From Macrostomum lignano (taxonomy: Eukaryota), in contig NIVC01000670.1 in assembly GCA_002269645.1 (NCBI GenBank), positions 1 through 64,000 on the forward strand: 64,000 nucleotides of DNA, in the 5' to 3' direction. The position numbers and the translations under genes were made by a program. Position 1 is the first letter of the stretch. Each line of letters opens with the position of its first letter. Under the pieces are notes generated by a model that saw only the letters and a list, made by a program, of their open reading frames with translations, searched no databases and was not told the DNA's origin. This document shows, piece after piece, positions 49,770-61,871 of this stretch.

Positions 49770-52160
49770 GTAGATAGATAGATAGATGGATAGATAGGTA
49801 GATAGATAGGTAGATAGATAGATAGATAGATAGATAGAAAGATGGCTAGGTAAAGGTCTGCTTGGATGCGTACATAAAAATCATTTCAAAATACTGCACA
49901 TTGCGTCGCCTGTAGGAGCTCGGCATCAACGTGTCACAAAGCAACCGCGAGGTCGTGGAGCACAGCGACATCCTGGTGCTGTCGGTGAAGCCGCAGGTGA
50001 TGGACTCGGTGCTGGCTGAGATGTCAGACCTGGTCGACCCCTTCAAGCTGGTGGTGTCCGTGGCCGCAGGCGTCACCCTGGACCACCTGCAGAGCCGTCT
50101 GCTGCCAGACAGCCGGGTGATCCGGCTGATGCCGAACACGCCGATTCTGGTTAACGCTGGCGCCTCCGTTTATTGCGTTGGTCGGGCAGCGAAGCCGGAG
50201 GACGGGCCGCTGATTGAGGCCCTGTTTAAGTCTGTTGGCACCTGCGACTATCTGCCTGAGAACCTGATGGACGCTGCCACAGGTCTGAGCGGGTCCGGTC
50301 CAGCGTTCATCCTTGAAGCAATCGACGCCATGACGAACGCTGGCGTTAATCTGGGCCTGCCTCAGTAAGTACCCAGATTCCAATGGCATACTCGTAGTTG
50401 TTGGGGAGAAAGGGATCCAACTGAAATCGCTAACTGGAACTCTAGTGACTGGAAATCACGCGAGCTGGGCCATAGACATCAAAGCAGTGAGAGAAGAACT
50501 AATACGCTCCTATACCATTTTACAAGCCAATTGAGCCTAGCAGCAAGCAATTTAATCCTTAGTGGGAAAAAATCAAGCTATTGAAGACTTTTTAGAGGCA
50601 GGGAGGTTGTGTGCACCCTGGCGCACTTTAAGCGACATAGGCACACAACCGGCGAGAGGCATTACTGCCCATTCCGCCGACTCCCCTGAGCAGGCACACA
50701 AGCGCGCGGATACGTACGCAGGCACACACTCACACAGGAGTGTAAAGCGGCCCTAACTTTATATTATCGTTAGGCATGTACACTTCAATGCGCCTTGGGG
50801 GGTTGGCTCTCAAGGCCGTTAATTGCACGAGCAGAGCCAAGCCGAGATTCCAATTGAGCCCCAAATTAATGTGACTGCACTTGGAATCGAGCCTGGGTCG
50901 CTGGCACACCAGAGCAGCTGCGCTACCGCTGAGCTACGCCCCCCCCCCGCTATTGAAGACTTGCTTTTTATTGTCTATGGCCCGAAAGGAGGGTCTATGG
51001 AGCAACCAATTTGAGAATATGTGACGTGAAAGAAAATTGACTTTTCTAAGATGGTCTCTCTAGAGACGCTCTGATGCTCCGGAGGGTGTAACGAGTGTTC
51101 CACTAACTGTCACTGGAAATGCTCAGCTTCCACGGAGCAGACTGTGTCTTCGGCTTGGAGCTTCCTGCTTGCCATATGACTTTACCTGTGCAGGATTATG
51201 GTAGCTCGTAAATTGACCATCTGGAAGGCCTCATGCCTCGGAATTTGGAATTTGGCTATCTGGAAAGCATGATCCCCAGAAGCTGATAGCCATATAGGGC
51301 TATCTGGAGAACATGAGCCCCAGAAGCTGTTAGCCATATAGTGCTATCTGGAGAACATGAGCCCCAGAAGCTGATAGCCATAAAGGGCTATCTGGAGAAC
51401 ATGAGCCCCAGAAGCTGATAGCCATATAGGGCTATCTGGAGAACATGAGCCCCAGAAGCTGTTAGCCATATAGTGCTATCTGGAGAACATGAGCCCCAGA
51501 AGCTGATAGCCATAAAGGGCTATCTGGAGAACATGAGCCCCAGAAGCTGTTAGCCATATAGTGCTATCTGGAGAACATGAGCCCCAGAAGCTGTTAGCCA
51601 TAAAGGGCTATCTGGAGAACATGAGCCCCAGAAGCTGATAGCCATAAAGGGCTATCTGGAGAACATGAGCCCCAGAAGCTGATAGCCATATAGGGCTATC
51701 TGGAGAACATGAGCCCCAGAAGCTGTTAGCCATATAGTGCTATCTGGAGAACATGAGCCCCAGAAGCTGTTAGCCATATAGTGCTATCTGGAGAACATGA
51801 GCCCCAGAAGCTGTTAGCCATAAAGGGCTATCTGGAAAGTATGAGCCAAACCCCACTTGGGGTGAAATTTTCTAAACATATTTGTCGAATCAGCAGCGCT
51901 GTACAAGCTCTGTATACAGCCCACGGGCGTGCGCCAATTGCAGTCCGCTAGCTCTGCGCCTGGCCGCTCAGACTGTGTACGGCACCAGCCGTCTCGTGCT
52001 GGAGTCTGGACGCCATCCGGCCGAACTGCGTGACGCCATCACCAGTCCGGGCGGCACCACCATTGCCGGCCTATCGGAGCTGGAGGCTCGCGGCTTCAGG
52101 GCCGCCCTGTGGCAGGCGGTGTTGATATCGGCTAAGCGGTCTGAAGATCTTGGGGAATGA
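48819..52160 (+). CDS. pycr: Pyrroline-5-carboxylate reductase paralog B
   Basis: Exons 48819-48885, 48978-49045, 49916-50364, 51944-52160; same exon sizes (67/68/449) and motifs as paralog A. Confidence 0.95.
49075..49850. repeat. (GATA)n microsatellite arms (49075-49400, 49720-49850) in P5CR-B intron 2
   Basis: Direct observation. Confidence 0.95.
50591..50948 (-). mobile_element. tRNA-derived SINE family B, full length, in P5CR-B intron 3
   Basis: Reverse complement of the 23336 copy with a few substitutions; 14-bp TSD GCTATTGAAGACTT (50577-50590, 50949-50962). Confidence 0.9.
51295..51845. repeat. Minisatellite, 44-bp unit (P5CR-B intron 3)
   Basis: TATCTGGAGAACATGAGCCCCAGAAGCTG(A/T)TAGCCATA..; about 12 copies. 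Confidence 0.95.
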
Positions 52161-52624
52161 GCTGGTAGCTCTAGGGAATCTGAAGCTTAATGGTCTGATT
52201 TTAGAAATATTGATGATAAATTCAACTGCCAATCTGACAAAACTGTGGGAGATATTAATCTATGCATTTGGCATTTGTGATGTTCACTGTGGGTGGATTG
52301 TTTTATTTGTTTTTACTCAGCTATGTATTGTATTTAAGATCGTGGCCCTTTACAATTGGTTACCAGTGTATAGGACCAGTAATCATTCCTATCGTAGCGG
52401 TATTAGCGGGATTTATGAATCACACCATTCACCAATATGCACACGCGTAGGAACCAGTTGACTTTTTCTGCTTTTAGCTTTTTGATTCTCATATTTTATA
52501 AGTCTTTCTATGACTTACATTTTTTGTTTTTTTTCATCATCTATCGTAGAGGCGTTCTAAACCGTCGTGTCATTGTGCCAACGACCAGTTTGCTTATGCT
52601 AAACAGGGTTAACAGCACTAGCTA

Positions 52625-53285
52625 AAGAGGGGATAGCAGCGCAGCACAGCTAGGGAGGGGATAGCAGCGCAGCACAGCTAGGGAGGGGACAGCAGCACAG
52701 CACCAGCTAGGGAGGGGATAGCAGCGCAGCACAGCTAGGGAGGGGACAGCAGCACAGCACCAGCTAGGGAGTGGATAGCAGCACAGCACCAGCTAGGGAG
52801 GGGATAGCAGCACAACACCAGCTAGGGAGGGGATAGCAGCACAGCACCAGCTAGGGAGGGGATAGCAGCACAGCACCAGCTAGGGAGGGGATAGCAGCAC
52901 AGCACCAGCTAGGGAGGGGACAGCAGCGCAGCACAGCTAGGGAGGGATAGCAGCGCAGCACCAGCTAGGGAGGGGATAGCAGCGCAGCACAGCTAGGGAG
53001 GGGATAGCAGCGCAGCACAGCTAGGGAGGGGATAGCAGCGCAGCACCAGCTAGGGAGGGGATAGCAGCGCAGCACAGCTAGGGAGGGATAGCAGCGCAGC
53101 ACCAGCTAGGGAGGGGATAGCAGCGCAGCACAGCTAGGGAGGGGATAGCAGCGCAGCACAGCTAGGGAGGGGATAGCAGCGCAGCACAGCTATGGAGGGG
53201 ATAGCAGCGCAGCACCAGCTAGGGAGGGGATAGCAGCGCAGCACCAGCTAGGGAGGGGATAGCAGCACAGCACCAGCTATAGGGA
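52625..53285. repeat. Minisatellite, 28/29-bp unit GGGAGGGGATAGCAGCGCAGCAC(C)AGCTA
   Basis: About 23 copies. Confidence 0.95.
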
Positions 53286-53831
53286 GGGTGCAGTGAAACG
53301 CAAGCTTAGCAGGGGCATAACTGACACATGAGCAAATATGTTTCATATTATCACAATTATTCGGTTGAAAACATTTAAAGTCGCAGTGTTTTGATTCAGT
53401 GCTGATCAGGTTTCAAAGTACAAAGTCTGTTAGCAGATATGCCAGCAGTCTTATTGTGAGTTTTTCATACTTTGACTTCCACACGTTTTTTTTTGGTGAC
53501 CAGGTAATCTTTGCGACCAATAGCGCTCATTTACTTTGGCGGATCGGTTTTTTCTTATCTTATTTTATTTTTTTCTACTGGTGCCTGCTCTGTTGTGTCT
53601 ATACTATAGTGCAATTTCCATGCAAAATTTGTTACATTTTTATTTATTTACTGATTTTTAAGATATTTCAAGATCTCTTGAAGCCAGAAAATACACATTG
53701 ACTGACTGGCTCTTTGAGAATTGACCGCTCCACACAAGGCGAAAGCGAAGTCTGGGCTGTCCTTACTTTATTTATTGTAAGCAATTGCTACTCCAAATAT
53801 TGTCTGGTCTTAGATCCATAAGGCATTTTAG

Positions 53832-54900
53832 CACTAGTCCTGACACTTGAATACCCCAAGACTGCACATCAGTTTACTAGTTCTGACACTTGAATTACCT
53901 AAGACTGCACATCAGTTTACTAGTTCTGACACTTGAATACCCCAAGACTGCACATCAGTTTACTAGTCCTGACACTTGAATACCCCAAGACTGCACATCA
54001 GTTTACTAGTCCTGACACTTGAATACCCCAAGACTGCACATCAGTTTACTAGTCCTGACACTTGAATACCCCAAGACTGCACATCAGTTTACTAGTCCTG
54101 ACACTTGAATACCCCAAGACTGCACATCAGTTTACTAGTCCTGACACTTACATACCCCAAGACTACACATCAGTTTACTAGTCCTGACACTTACATACCC
54201 CAAGACTGCACATCAGTTTACTAGTCCTGACACTTGAATACCCCAAGACTGCACATCAGTTTACTAGTCCTGACACTTACATACCCCAAGACTGCACATC
54301 AGTTTACTAGTCCTGACACTTGAATACCCCAAGACTGCACATCAGTTTACTAGTCCTGACACTTGAATACCCCAAGACTGCACATCAGTTTACTAGTCCT
54401 GACACTTACATACCCCAAGACTGCACATCAGTTTACTAGTCCTGACACTTGAATACCCCAAGACTGCACATCAGTTTACTAGTCCTGACACTTACATACC
54501 CCAAGACTACACATCAGTTTACTAGTCCTGACACTTACATACCCCAAGACTGCACATCAGTTTACTAGTCCTGACACTTGAATACCCCAAGACTGCACAT
54601 CAGTTTACTAGTCCTGACACTTACATACCCCAAGACTGCACATCAGTTTACTAGTCCTGACACTTGAATACCCAAGACTGCACATCAGTTTACTAGTCCT
54701 GACACTTGAATACCCCAAGACTGCACATCAGTTTACTAGTCCTGACACTTACATACCCCAAGACTGCACATCAGTTTACTAGTCCTGACACTTGAATACC
54801 CCAAGACTGCACATCAGTTTACTAGTCCTGACACTTGAATACCCCAAGACTGCACATCAGTTTACTAGTCCTGACACTTGAATACCCCAAGACTGCACAT
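53832..54900. repeat. Minisatellite, 43-bp unit ACTAGTCCTGACACTTGAATACCCCAAGACTGCACATCAGTTT
   Basis: About 25 copies. Confidence 0.95.
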
Positions 54901-55102
54901 AAACTTCTTACACGTTTCACCGACGTTTGCCTTTTCACTGCTCGAAACATAAACTTTCGCTTATAACCTTCATTAATGTGCACTAGTTATCAAAGTTATT
55001 TTTTCTTAGTCAAAACAATACCGTTTTCATAAATACCCAGTGTTTCCATAATTTTCATCGTTTGTATCCGTCTTGCAGTAATATCTGTTTAAAGCGCTGA
55101 CC

Positions 55103-57295
55103 ATGGCCGCCATTAGCAATCAAATCGATCCGTCAGTCGCTGAGAAGCTCAGCAATGTGCGTGTAGGATTTGTTGGCGCTGGACGCATGGCTCAGGCCAT
55201 CGTCAAAGGATTCACTAATGATGGTAATAAGTCTATCAAAATCTGGCGCTTTGGATTCTCAATAAATTTATTCTCAATGATAAATTCAGTCACAGTTGCT
55301 TCGTGGCTTCGTGGTCTTAATCCTATTACCAGTCTATTTCAGCAGAACCGATATGCAAAGTCTCTACTCGCATTCACCTGTTGACAAGCCAACATCATTG
55401 AATTCAGACACCGCACCGGCAGCAAAATTTAGACAGTCCCACCCTAGTCCTACTCAGGATTGTCTATGGCTAAAGGTAAACAACTGAGACAAACTCCAGT
55501 TCAAATTATATAGACTGAGATCATTTGGGCAACACTTTTCAATCTGTACTTCGATTGCGCAACATAAGAAACAACTTAACCGTGTGAAAATCTCAAGAAG
55601 TCACTAGTATTCAGCTTGGCACACAAGTTTAGACAAACTTCAGCCTCTGCTCTTCACTTTCTTTCCAGACTATCTTGTTTTGGCCTGTTCAATAGATAAT
55701 AATTTAGGAAAGGAAAAGAGACTTCAAACGAAATTGCGTATTGAGATGTCTAAATTGCACATCCGTTTTGTTGAAATAGAGTCGGAAAAGGTGTACCGCG
55801 ACAGCTCATTGTTTACAAAATCACTTCTGGACGTTTTCAGTGCATTTCTCCAAAGCAGTCCAACCATAGACCTAGACCTTAATATGCAAGTGAAATCAAT
55901 AAATTTATCATTTTATTTATATTTCAGGCATTGTTAAGGCGCAAAACATCTGGGCCAGTGCGCGAACGAAGGCAACTTTGAATAAAGTTTCCGCTGTAAG
56001 TGATTTCTCCTGGCTTCTGAGTATTTGAATGGTTAAATCGCATTTGCTCACTGCGCGTACAGGAGCTCGGCATCAACGTGTCACAAAGCAACCGCGAGGT
56101 CGCGGAGCACAGCGACATCCTGGTGCTGTCGGTGAAGCCGCAGGTGATGGACTCGGTGCTGGCTGAGCTGTCAGACCTGACCGACCCCTCCAAGCTGGTG
56201 GTGTCCGTGGCCGCAGGCGTCACCCTGGACCACCTGCAGAGCCGTCTGCTGCCAGACAGCCGGGTGATCCGGCTGATGCCGAACACGCCGATTCTGGCTA
56301 ACGCTGGCGCCTCCGTTTATTGCGTTGGTAAGGCAGCGAAGCCGGAGGACGGGCCGCTGATTGAGGCGCTGTTTAAGTCTGTTGGCACCTGCGACTACCT
56401 GCCTGAGAACCTGATGGACGCTGCCACAGGTCTGAGCGGGTCCGGTCCAGCGTTCATCCTTGAAGCAATCGACGCCATGACGAACGCTGGCGTTCATCAA
56501 GGCCTGCCGCGGTAAGTTGCAGGTCGGAACGTGGGCTTAGCTCGAGAGCATGTCGCCGAAAAATGGTGTCAGGAAGTACATGCAGCACTTTTAACTGCCT
56601 CCAGCTAAATAGATTCAGAATAGAGAGATCTTAATTTAAAAAAGAATGGCTATAATAAAAGAACAGGCCATCCCTTTACGTACGCTGGCTTTAGTCACCC
56701 ATACTAAAAGCATTTCTTATCCCTGATCGCCTAAAAATAAAAATAATTGATTAAAGCTGCCCTAATAGGCAGATGTGCAACCGACAGCTCAGCCGCAGCT
56801 ATTGCGCGGCGCATCTGAAGGCTGCGTACGGCTGTTCAGTCCAAGGACTGGGAGGTCGCCACACACCCTCAGTTACCCCAGTTAATGCTGGCACCCATTT
56901 TACAGCTGGGTGAACTGAAGCAATGCAGAGTGAAGTGTCTTGCTTAAGGTCACAAATTGTTTCGACGTGGGTCAAGAATCGAACCCCCGACCTTTCAGTC
57001 GCAAGTTAACTATAGTAAGATGGCTGTTCTTCATTTGAACTTTTTAAAACTTTTTGAATTCAGTCCGCTGGCGATGCGCCTGGCCACCCAGACTGTGTAC
57101 GGCACCAGCCGTCTCGTGCTGGAGTCCGGACGCCATCCGGCCGAGCTCCGTGACGCCATCACCAGTCCGGGCGGCACGACAATCACCGGCCTATCGGAGC
57201 TGGAGGCTCGCGGCTTCAGGACGGCTCTTTGGCAGGCGGTTAATGCCGCCGCAAATCGATCGGCTGAGCTGGGAGCTAAGAAGCCAGCTCAGTGA
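55103..57295 (+). CDS. pycr: Pyrroline-5-carboxylate reductase paralog C (N-terminally extended)
   Basis: Exons 55103-55223, 55928-55995, 56063-56511, 57064-57295; GxGxMA, MPNTP, SGSGPA and TSPGGTT motifs intact. Confidence 0.95.
56757..57003 (-). mobile_element. CORE-type SINE (family A), 5'-truncated
   Basis: Reverse-complement match to 43615-43860. Confidence 0.8.
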
Positions 57296-57677
57296 TGAGA
57301 GACATTGCCCGTTTAACTGTTTAACTCTTCAAACCGTTGTTTCATTTTGACACTTTATCAGCTGTTTGTCAGTTTTTTTACACACTGTTCGACCCAATTA
57401 CTAAACAATAAGATCAGAGTGCTCTTGATTGCGTATGAAGGTTTGTTTTTCACAGTTCGATCAAAGTGAGGTTGCCAGCGCCGGAGTTGCTATACTTGTT
57501 TAGAGTGTGCATTTATTCGGTATCTGATCATGTCTAATATGTTCGAAATGTTTGAGTTCAATTCCCCCACTCGACGCCATAACTACACATTCTATCGATG
57601 GGCCCTTGTTTTTTCTTGAATCTAGCAATAGTGATGCAAACTCCTCGTCTGCTTTTTCTTTTTTGATGTCTAAGTGA

Positions 57678-57968
57678 GTGCATGAGTTTACTGATCCCGC
57701 CAGCCCAACAGTCTCACACAGTGCATGAGTTTGCTGATCCCGCCAGCCCCAACAGTCCCACACAGTGCATGAGTTTACTGATCCCGCCAGCCCCAACAGT
57801 CCCACACAGTGCATGAGTTTACTGATCCCGCCAGCCCCAACAGTCCCACACAGTGCATGAGTTTACTGATATCGCCAGCCCCAACAGTCCCACACAGTGC
57901 ATGAGTTTACTGATCCCGCCAGCCCCAACAGTCCCACACAGTGCATGAGTTTACTGATCCCGCCAGCC
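57678..57968. repeat. Minisatellite, 44-bp unit between P5CR-C and PGPEP1
   Basis: GTGCATGAGTTTACTGATCCCGCCAGCCCCAACAGTCCCACACA, about 6.5 copies. Confidence 0.95.
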
Positions 57969-58068
57969 CTCTCTTCCTTCGACATTGCAGTCCAAAAGTC
58001 AATCAGCAGTCTAGCAAGACCCATAGCTACCGACGGTTGTGTTCAGCGGCCCTGTCCTGCCAGAGACG

Positions 58069-59626
58069 ATGCCCAAACTGCTAGTGACCGGCTTCGGCCC
58101 ATTCAGCGCCTGCTCGGTGAACTCCAGCTGGTTATTGGCGCAGTCCGTGCGCGATCGTCTGGCGCAGACGCGGCCGGATCTGGTAGTGTGCGCAGTGGAG
58201 ATCCCAGTTGAATACTCGGCCGTGGCGGACAAAGTGCCGGCTCTGTGGTCAACTGAGCAGCCCGATCTGGTGCTGCATATGGGTTACTATGGCAACGGTC
58301 GAGCGTTAAGAATCGAACGCCGAGCTAGGAATGCGCCCTATTGCAAGCGCGACTATTGCAATAAGACTTGCCACGAGGCCATGGGCCAGGAGATCTGTCA
58401 CAAAGACGCCGAACCTGACGCCGCCTACCAGTGCGCGCTCGACCTTGACCGGGCAGCGGAGGCCGTGCGGCGCGAGTTTCCAGGCGGAGAGGTGAGGCAG
58501 CCTGTTTTGTAGATACTGGTACATAAATATGTAGTTATAGAAGTCTAATTTGTTAAGCGTTTATGGTAAAAAAAATCAACGTTTAAGCTAACATTAGGGT
58601 ATGTTTATAAAAAATAACACTTTTGGCAACTCCTATATTTTACTGCACAGCGCCCGACTGTTTAACCTTATTACCTAATACACTATTTTCACCCCCAATG
58701 AAGATTTGTCTGGTCTTCACGCTGATGAGTGCATGGTTACCTCTTGAGTTTAATTTTCGACATGAAAATCCTTGGGCATCATTGTGCGAACTGACGTTGT
58801 AAATGATGGAGAGGTATCCCTCCATGCAAGCTCTCCCTCCACATCATCCTCTTTACCAGCCTCTACTTGGATTTTTTCGATGCCATTCTAGCATCAACAA
58901 CGCTCTTGACTTATTTGACTCAGCTGCAGGGAGATCCTGGAGAGTCCAGGAGGTGGATGGTCGCTCGCCCGGTAGCCCTTAGGTAGCGGACGAGCAGCCG
59001 GTAGCCCTCGGGCAGAGATTCTCGAACCCGAAAACGTCAGAGAGGTCCAGGTTTAAGCCGAGGTAGGTGAGCCTGTCCTGAGTAAAGACGGGCCGGGCAT
59101 TCACAGATAAAGTGTTCCGCAGTTTCAACAACGGAGAGGCAGAATGGGCATTTCTCGCTACGGATTTTTCCCTGGAGGTAGCGATGCCTGGCAAAACATC
59201 GATGATCCGAGAAAGCCATGGTCACCGCTCTGATGTCCCTGCGGTTCCCTCTGTCTTTCTAGCTTAATGCACACTCACGACGATTTTTGTTGGAATTGTC
59301 TACAACTTTGTTTGAATTGAAAAGTACGCGAATTTAAATTGAATTGAATTCAACTTTGTTCAAAATTATGGGTATCTACTACTGGTGTATTTGCATTCCA
59401 ATCGAAGCCCACGTATTGCATATATTTCAAGGTGGAGCTGGTCATGTCAGACGATGCCGGCTTATACCTGTGCGAGTTTATTTACTGCGTCAGCTTGCGC
59501 CGCGATGCCAAACGCTGCGTATTCGTTCACGTGCCAGACTGCGTTGATAATCCGGCTAAACAACAGCTGCTGACGTCCGGTTTGTGCAGCCTGGTGAGCC
59601 ATCTGATGCGCCAGCTCGGTCTGTGA
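58069..59626 (+). CDS. pgpep1: Pyroglutamyl-peptidase I (peptidase C15)
   Basis: Exon 58069-58491 (LLVTGFGPF..NSSW..IPVEY..LVLHMG..IERRARN) and exon 59432-59626 (SDDAGLYLCEFIY..FVHVP). The Glu/Cys/His catalytic triad is present. Confidence 0.95.
58905..59262 (-). mobile_element. 3' fragment of the same LINE family (ORF2 CCHC finger plus tail), in the PGPEP1 intron
   Basis: Encodes CPFCLSVVETAEHFICECP. It shares CTCGTCCGCTACCTAAGGGCTACCGGGCGAGCGAC..CCACCTCCTGGACTCTCC and a CTGCAGCT(A/G)AGTCAA tail with 16120-16334. Confidence 0.8.
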
Positions 59627-59644
59627 GAATTGCTTTCGTAAAAT

Positions 59645-59872
59645 TTATTGAGGGCTGATTGCGAATTCATGAAACCAACTAGGAATTTGAGCCATCATAG
59701 CTTTCGTCAATGAAGTTAATAGAATTAGAAAATCACAAATGGAGAACTCCCATTTGCTGTAGCAGCAGTCGCAAAGCTGCACTCGGCCATAGACAATAAA
59801 GCCAATCAAGTAGATAATTCCACTAAAGATGAGTTGGAAGATCAGAGGGAAGAATTCTATTCCTTCATCCAT
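59645..59872 (-). CDS. Hypothetical 75-aa single-pass membrane micro-protein
   Basis: The ATG is preceded by a strong acceptor (ttttccgtcttcctag|cATG). A hydrophobic stretch FFPLIFQLIFSGIIYLIGFIVYG is followed by LCDCCY. I recognise no homology. Confidence 0.3.
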   Translation of the reverse strand: MDEGIEFFPLIFQLIFSGIIYLIGFIVYGRVQLCDCCYSKWEFSICDFLILLTSLTKAMMAQIPSWFHEFAISPQ

Positions 59873-61584
59873 GCTAGGAAGACGGAAAATTGTTTAATTA
59901 AATAAGTCGCTAATAATTCAGCGTCGCAGAAATTTAGGAGTTTTGCCCATATTTTTCTACTGCGGTTAGTAGCGCGTAAAGATTTTTTAGTAGTAGTGAT
60001 TCAAATAGGCAATTTCAGATTTAGCAATTTTACAAGATTTAGTAAGATTATTAATTGTTTTGGTTATAAAAATCAAGGGCATGTCGCCCTAGAAGTAGTA
60101 GGAATGAACTATTGAAACATGGCTTTGTTAAAGTGCTATTGATTCAAACAATCAGTTTAACTAGGACGCGATCTTTCTCTCATTCTTCAGTTTAAGCTTG
60201 AATATTCACAGTTAAACTAGGAATTTAACTAGGAGTAGGCTTCAATCTTTTAAGCGGGGGGCAGGTGGCTGCTGCTGCAGCGAATGGGGAGTCTTAAAGA
60301 CCGAGATCTTAATATCTTGCTTACTTATGTTTAAAATGTCGTTTTCCAACGTATTGGACCTCAAATTGATTTGATGTATTGCCTAAACATTCTTTAAACC
60401 TCTTTTAAGGTGCCAAAATCTGTTTTAGATGGTTCTCAATTAATGTTAATTATAATTGCTTGTCTATCTGCCCGACTAATACTTGAAATGCAATAGGAAG
60501 TTTTATACTCATGTCTGGCTATTTTAACCGACACTGCTCTTGCTACTCAGCTTTCAAATTAATTTATTATTTAATAATCTTTACCTCTCTGTTACGTAAA
60601 AACTAATAAGGTACGTAAAATTAACTTAAAATTAAATTAATTTTTGTAAAATATACCAAACTATACAGATGACCCAATGTTAATAAAAAAAGTACAATGT
60701 ATTTCTGAAAGAACTGAAAAATATATTTTTAGAAAAATTAGGCCTTCAAACAAATTCTTAATAGTTTTGCGAGTGTTACATCCAAAAAGTTTGGGATACC
60801 TTTTGGTATAATTATAAAACTTGGACATGGTGAAATTATCTTTTTATATATCTTTTTAATACCTTTGTCAATTGTTTTGCTCTATAACTGGTTAAGTTAA
60901 TAGTACCTGTACAAGTACATGTACTTTACCCTACCCCTGCGTTCTATGCTAGCAATACCAGGAAATTTGATTTTCTCGGAATTTTTTTATGATTCCTTTT
61001 TTACACTCTGCAGTTTTCATAACTACCTGTTATAACTGCTAGAATATAACTCTCAGATTTTGTATACTATGATTGTCTATTTGTGAACAGATATTTGATG
61101 GTTCTTATTTGAAGTTTTTTATGTAGCAAAAAATTAATTGATTCATAAATTATTTTATCCGTCAATGACCTGGTTTATGTAAAAAATATTTCTTGAGCCG
61201 CAACTAGTTATAGTTTCTTTATTCATGGATTATAAGTGCGTACAAGCTCATAGATTCTTTTTTATTGTTCCAGTGTTAGTTATTATCCTGTTTTAAAACA
61301 AAAGTTTACGAGTTAATTACACAATTTTTTCAGTTATTCGGCTAAGTATGCATGGGAAATAAATGAGTTTGTGAAAAAAAATTATAAAAATTTATTTCAT
61401 AACTTGTCATCTTTTCAAGTCACAAATAAATGGACGACAAGTCGTTTGAGAATTAAATTTATATAAAAATTCGAACATATTGTACTTCAAAAGTATAGGT
61501 CCTTACACAATTTTCCACATTAACTTGGAATTGATTAGATAGGATTGGCGGATGACGAAAACTCCCTTCTGTTAGTAGTGTATG

Positions 61585-61871
61585 CAGGGGCGTCGCCATG
61601 GATTTTATGATGGGGGACAAAGCCAAGAATTGTACATGTACAGGACTAAATTTTGGCACTCATTTTAGCGCCGCAGGCATTCCTTTTAGCGCCGCAGGCA
61701 CTCTTTTTAGCGCCGCAGGCACTCTTTTTAGCGCCGCAGGCAGGCACTCTTTGGCGCCGAAGGCGCTATATTTTGGCGCCCTGAAGAAAAATGATTGATT
61801 ACCACCACAACTCAGAAGGGGGGGGGCAAAGCAGTAATTGGCATGTCCCCCCCACGGTGGCGACGCGTCTG
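61585..61871. mobile_element. hAT-type MITE
   Basis: TIRs CAGGGGCGTCGCCA / TGGCGACGCGTCTG; perfect 8-bp TSD AGTGTATG (61577-61584, 61872-61879); internal TTTTAGCGCCGCAGGCA repeats. Confidence 0.85.
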
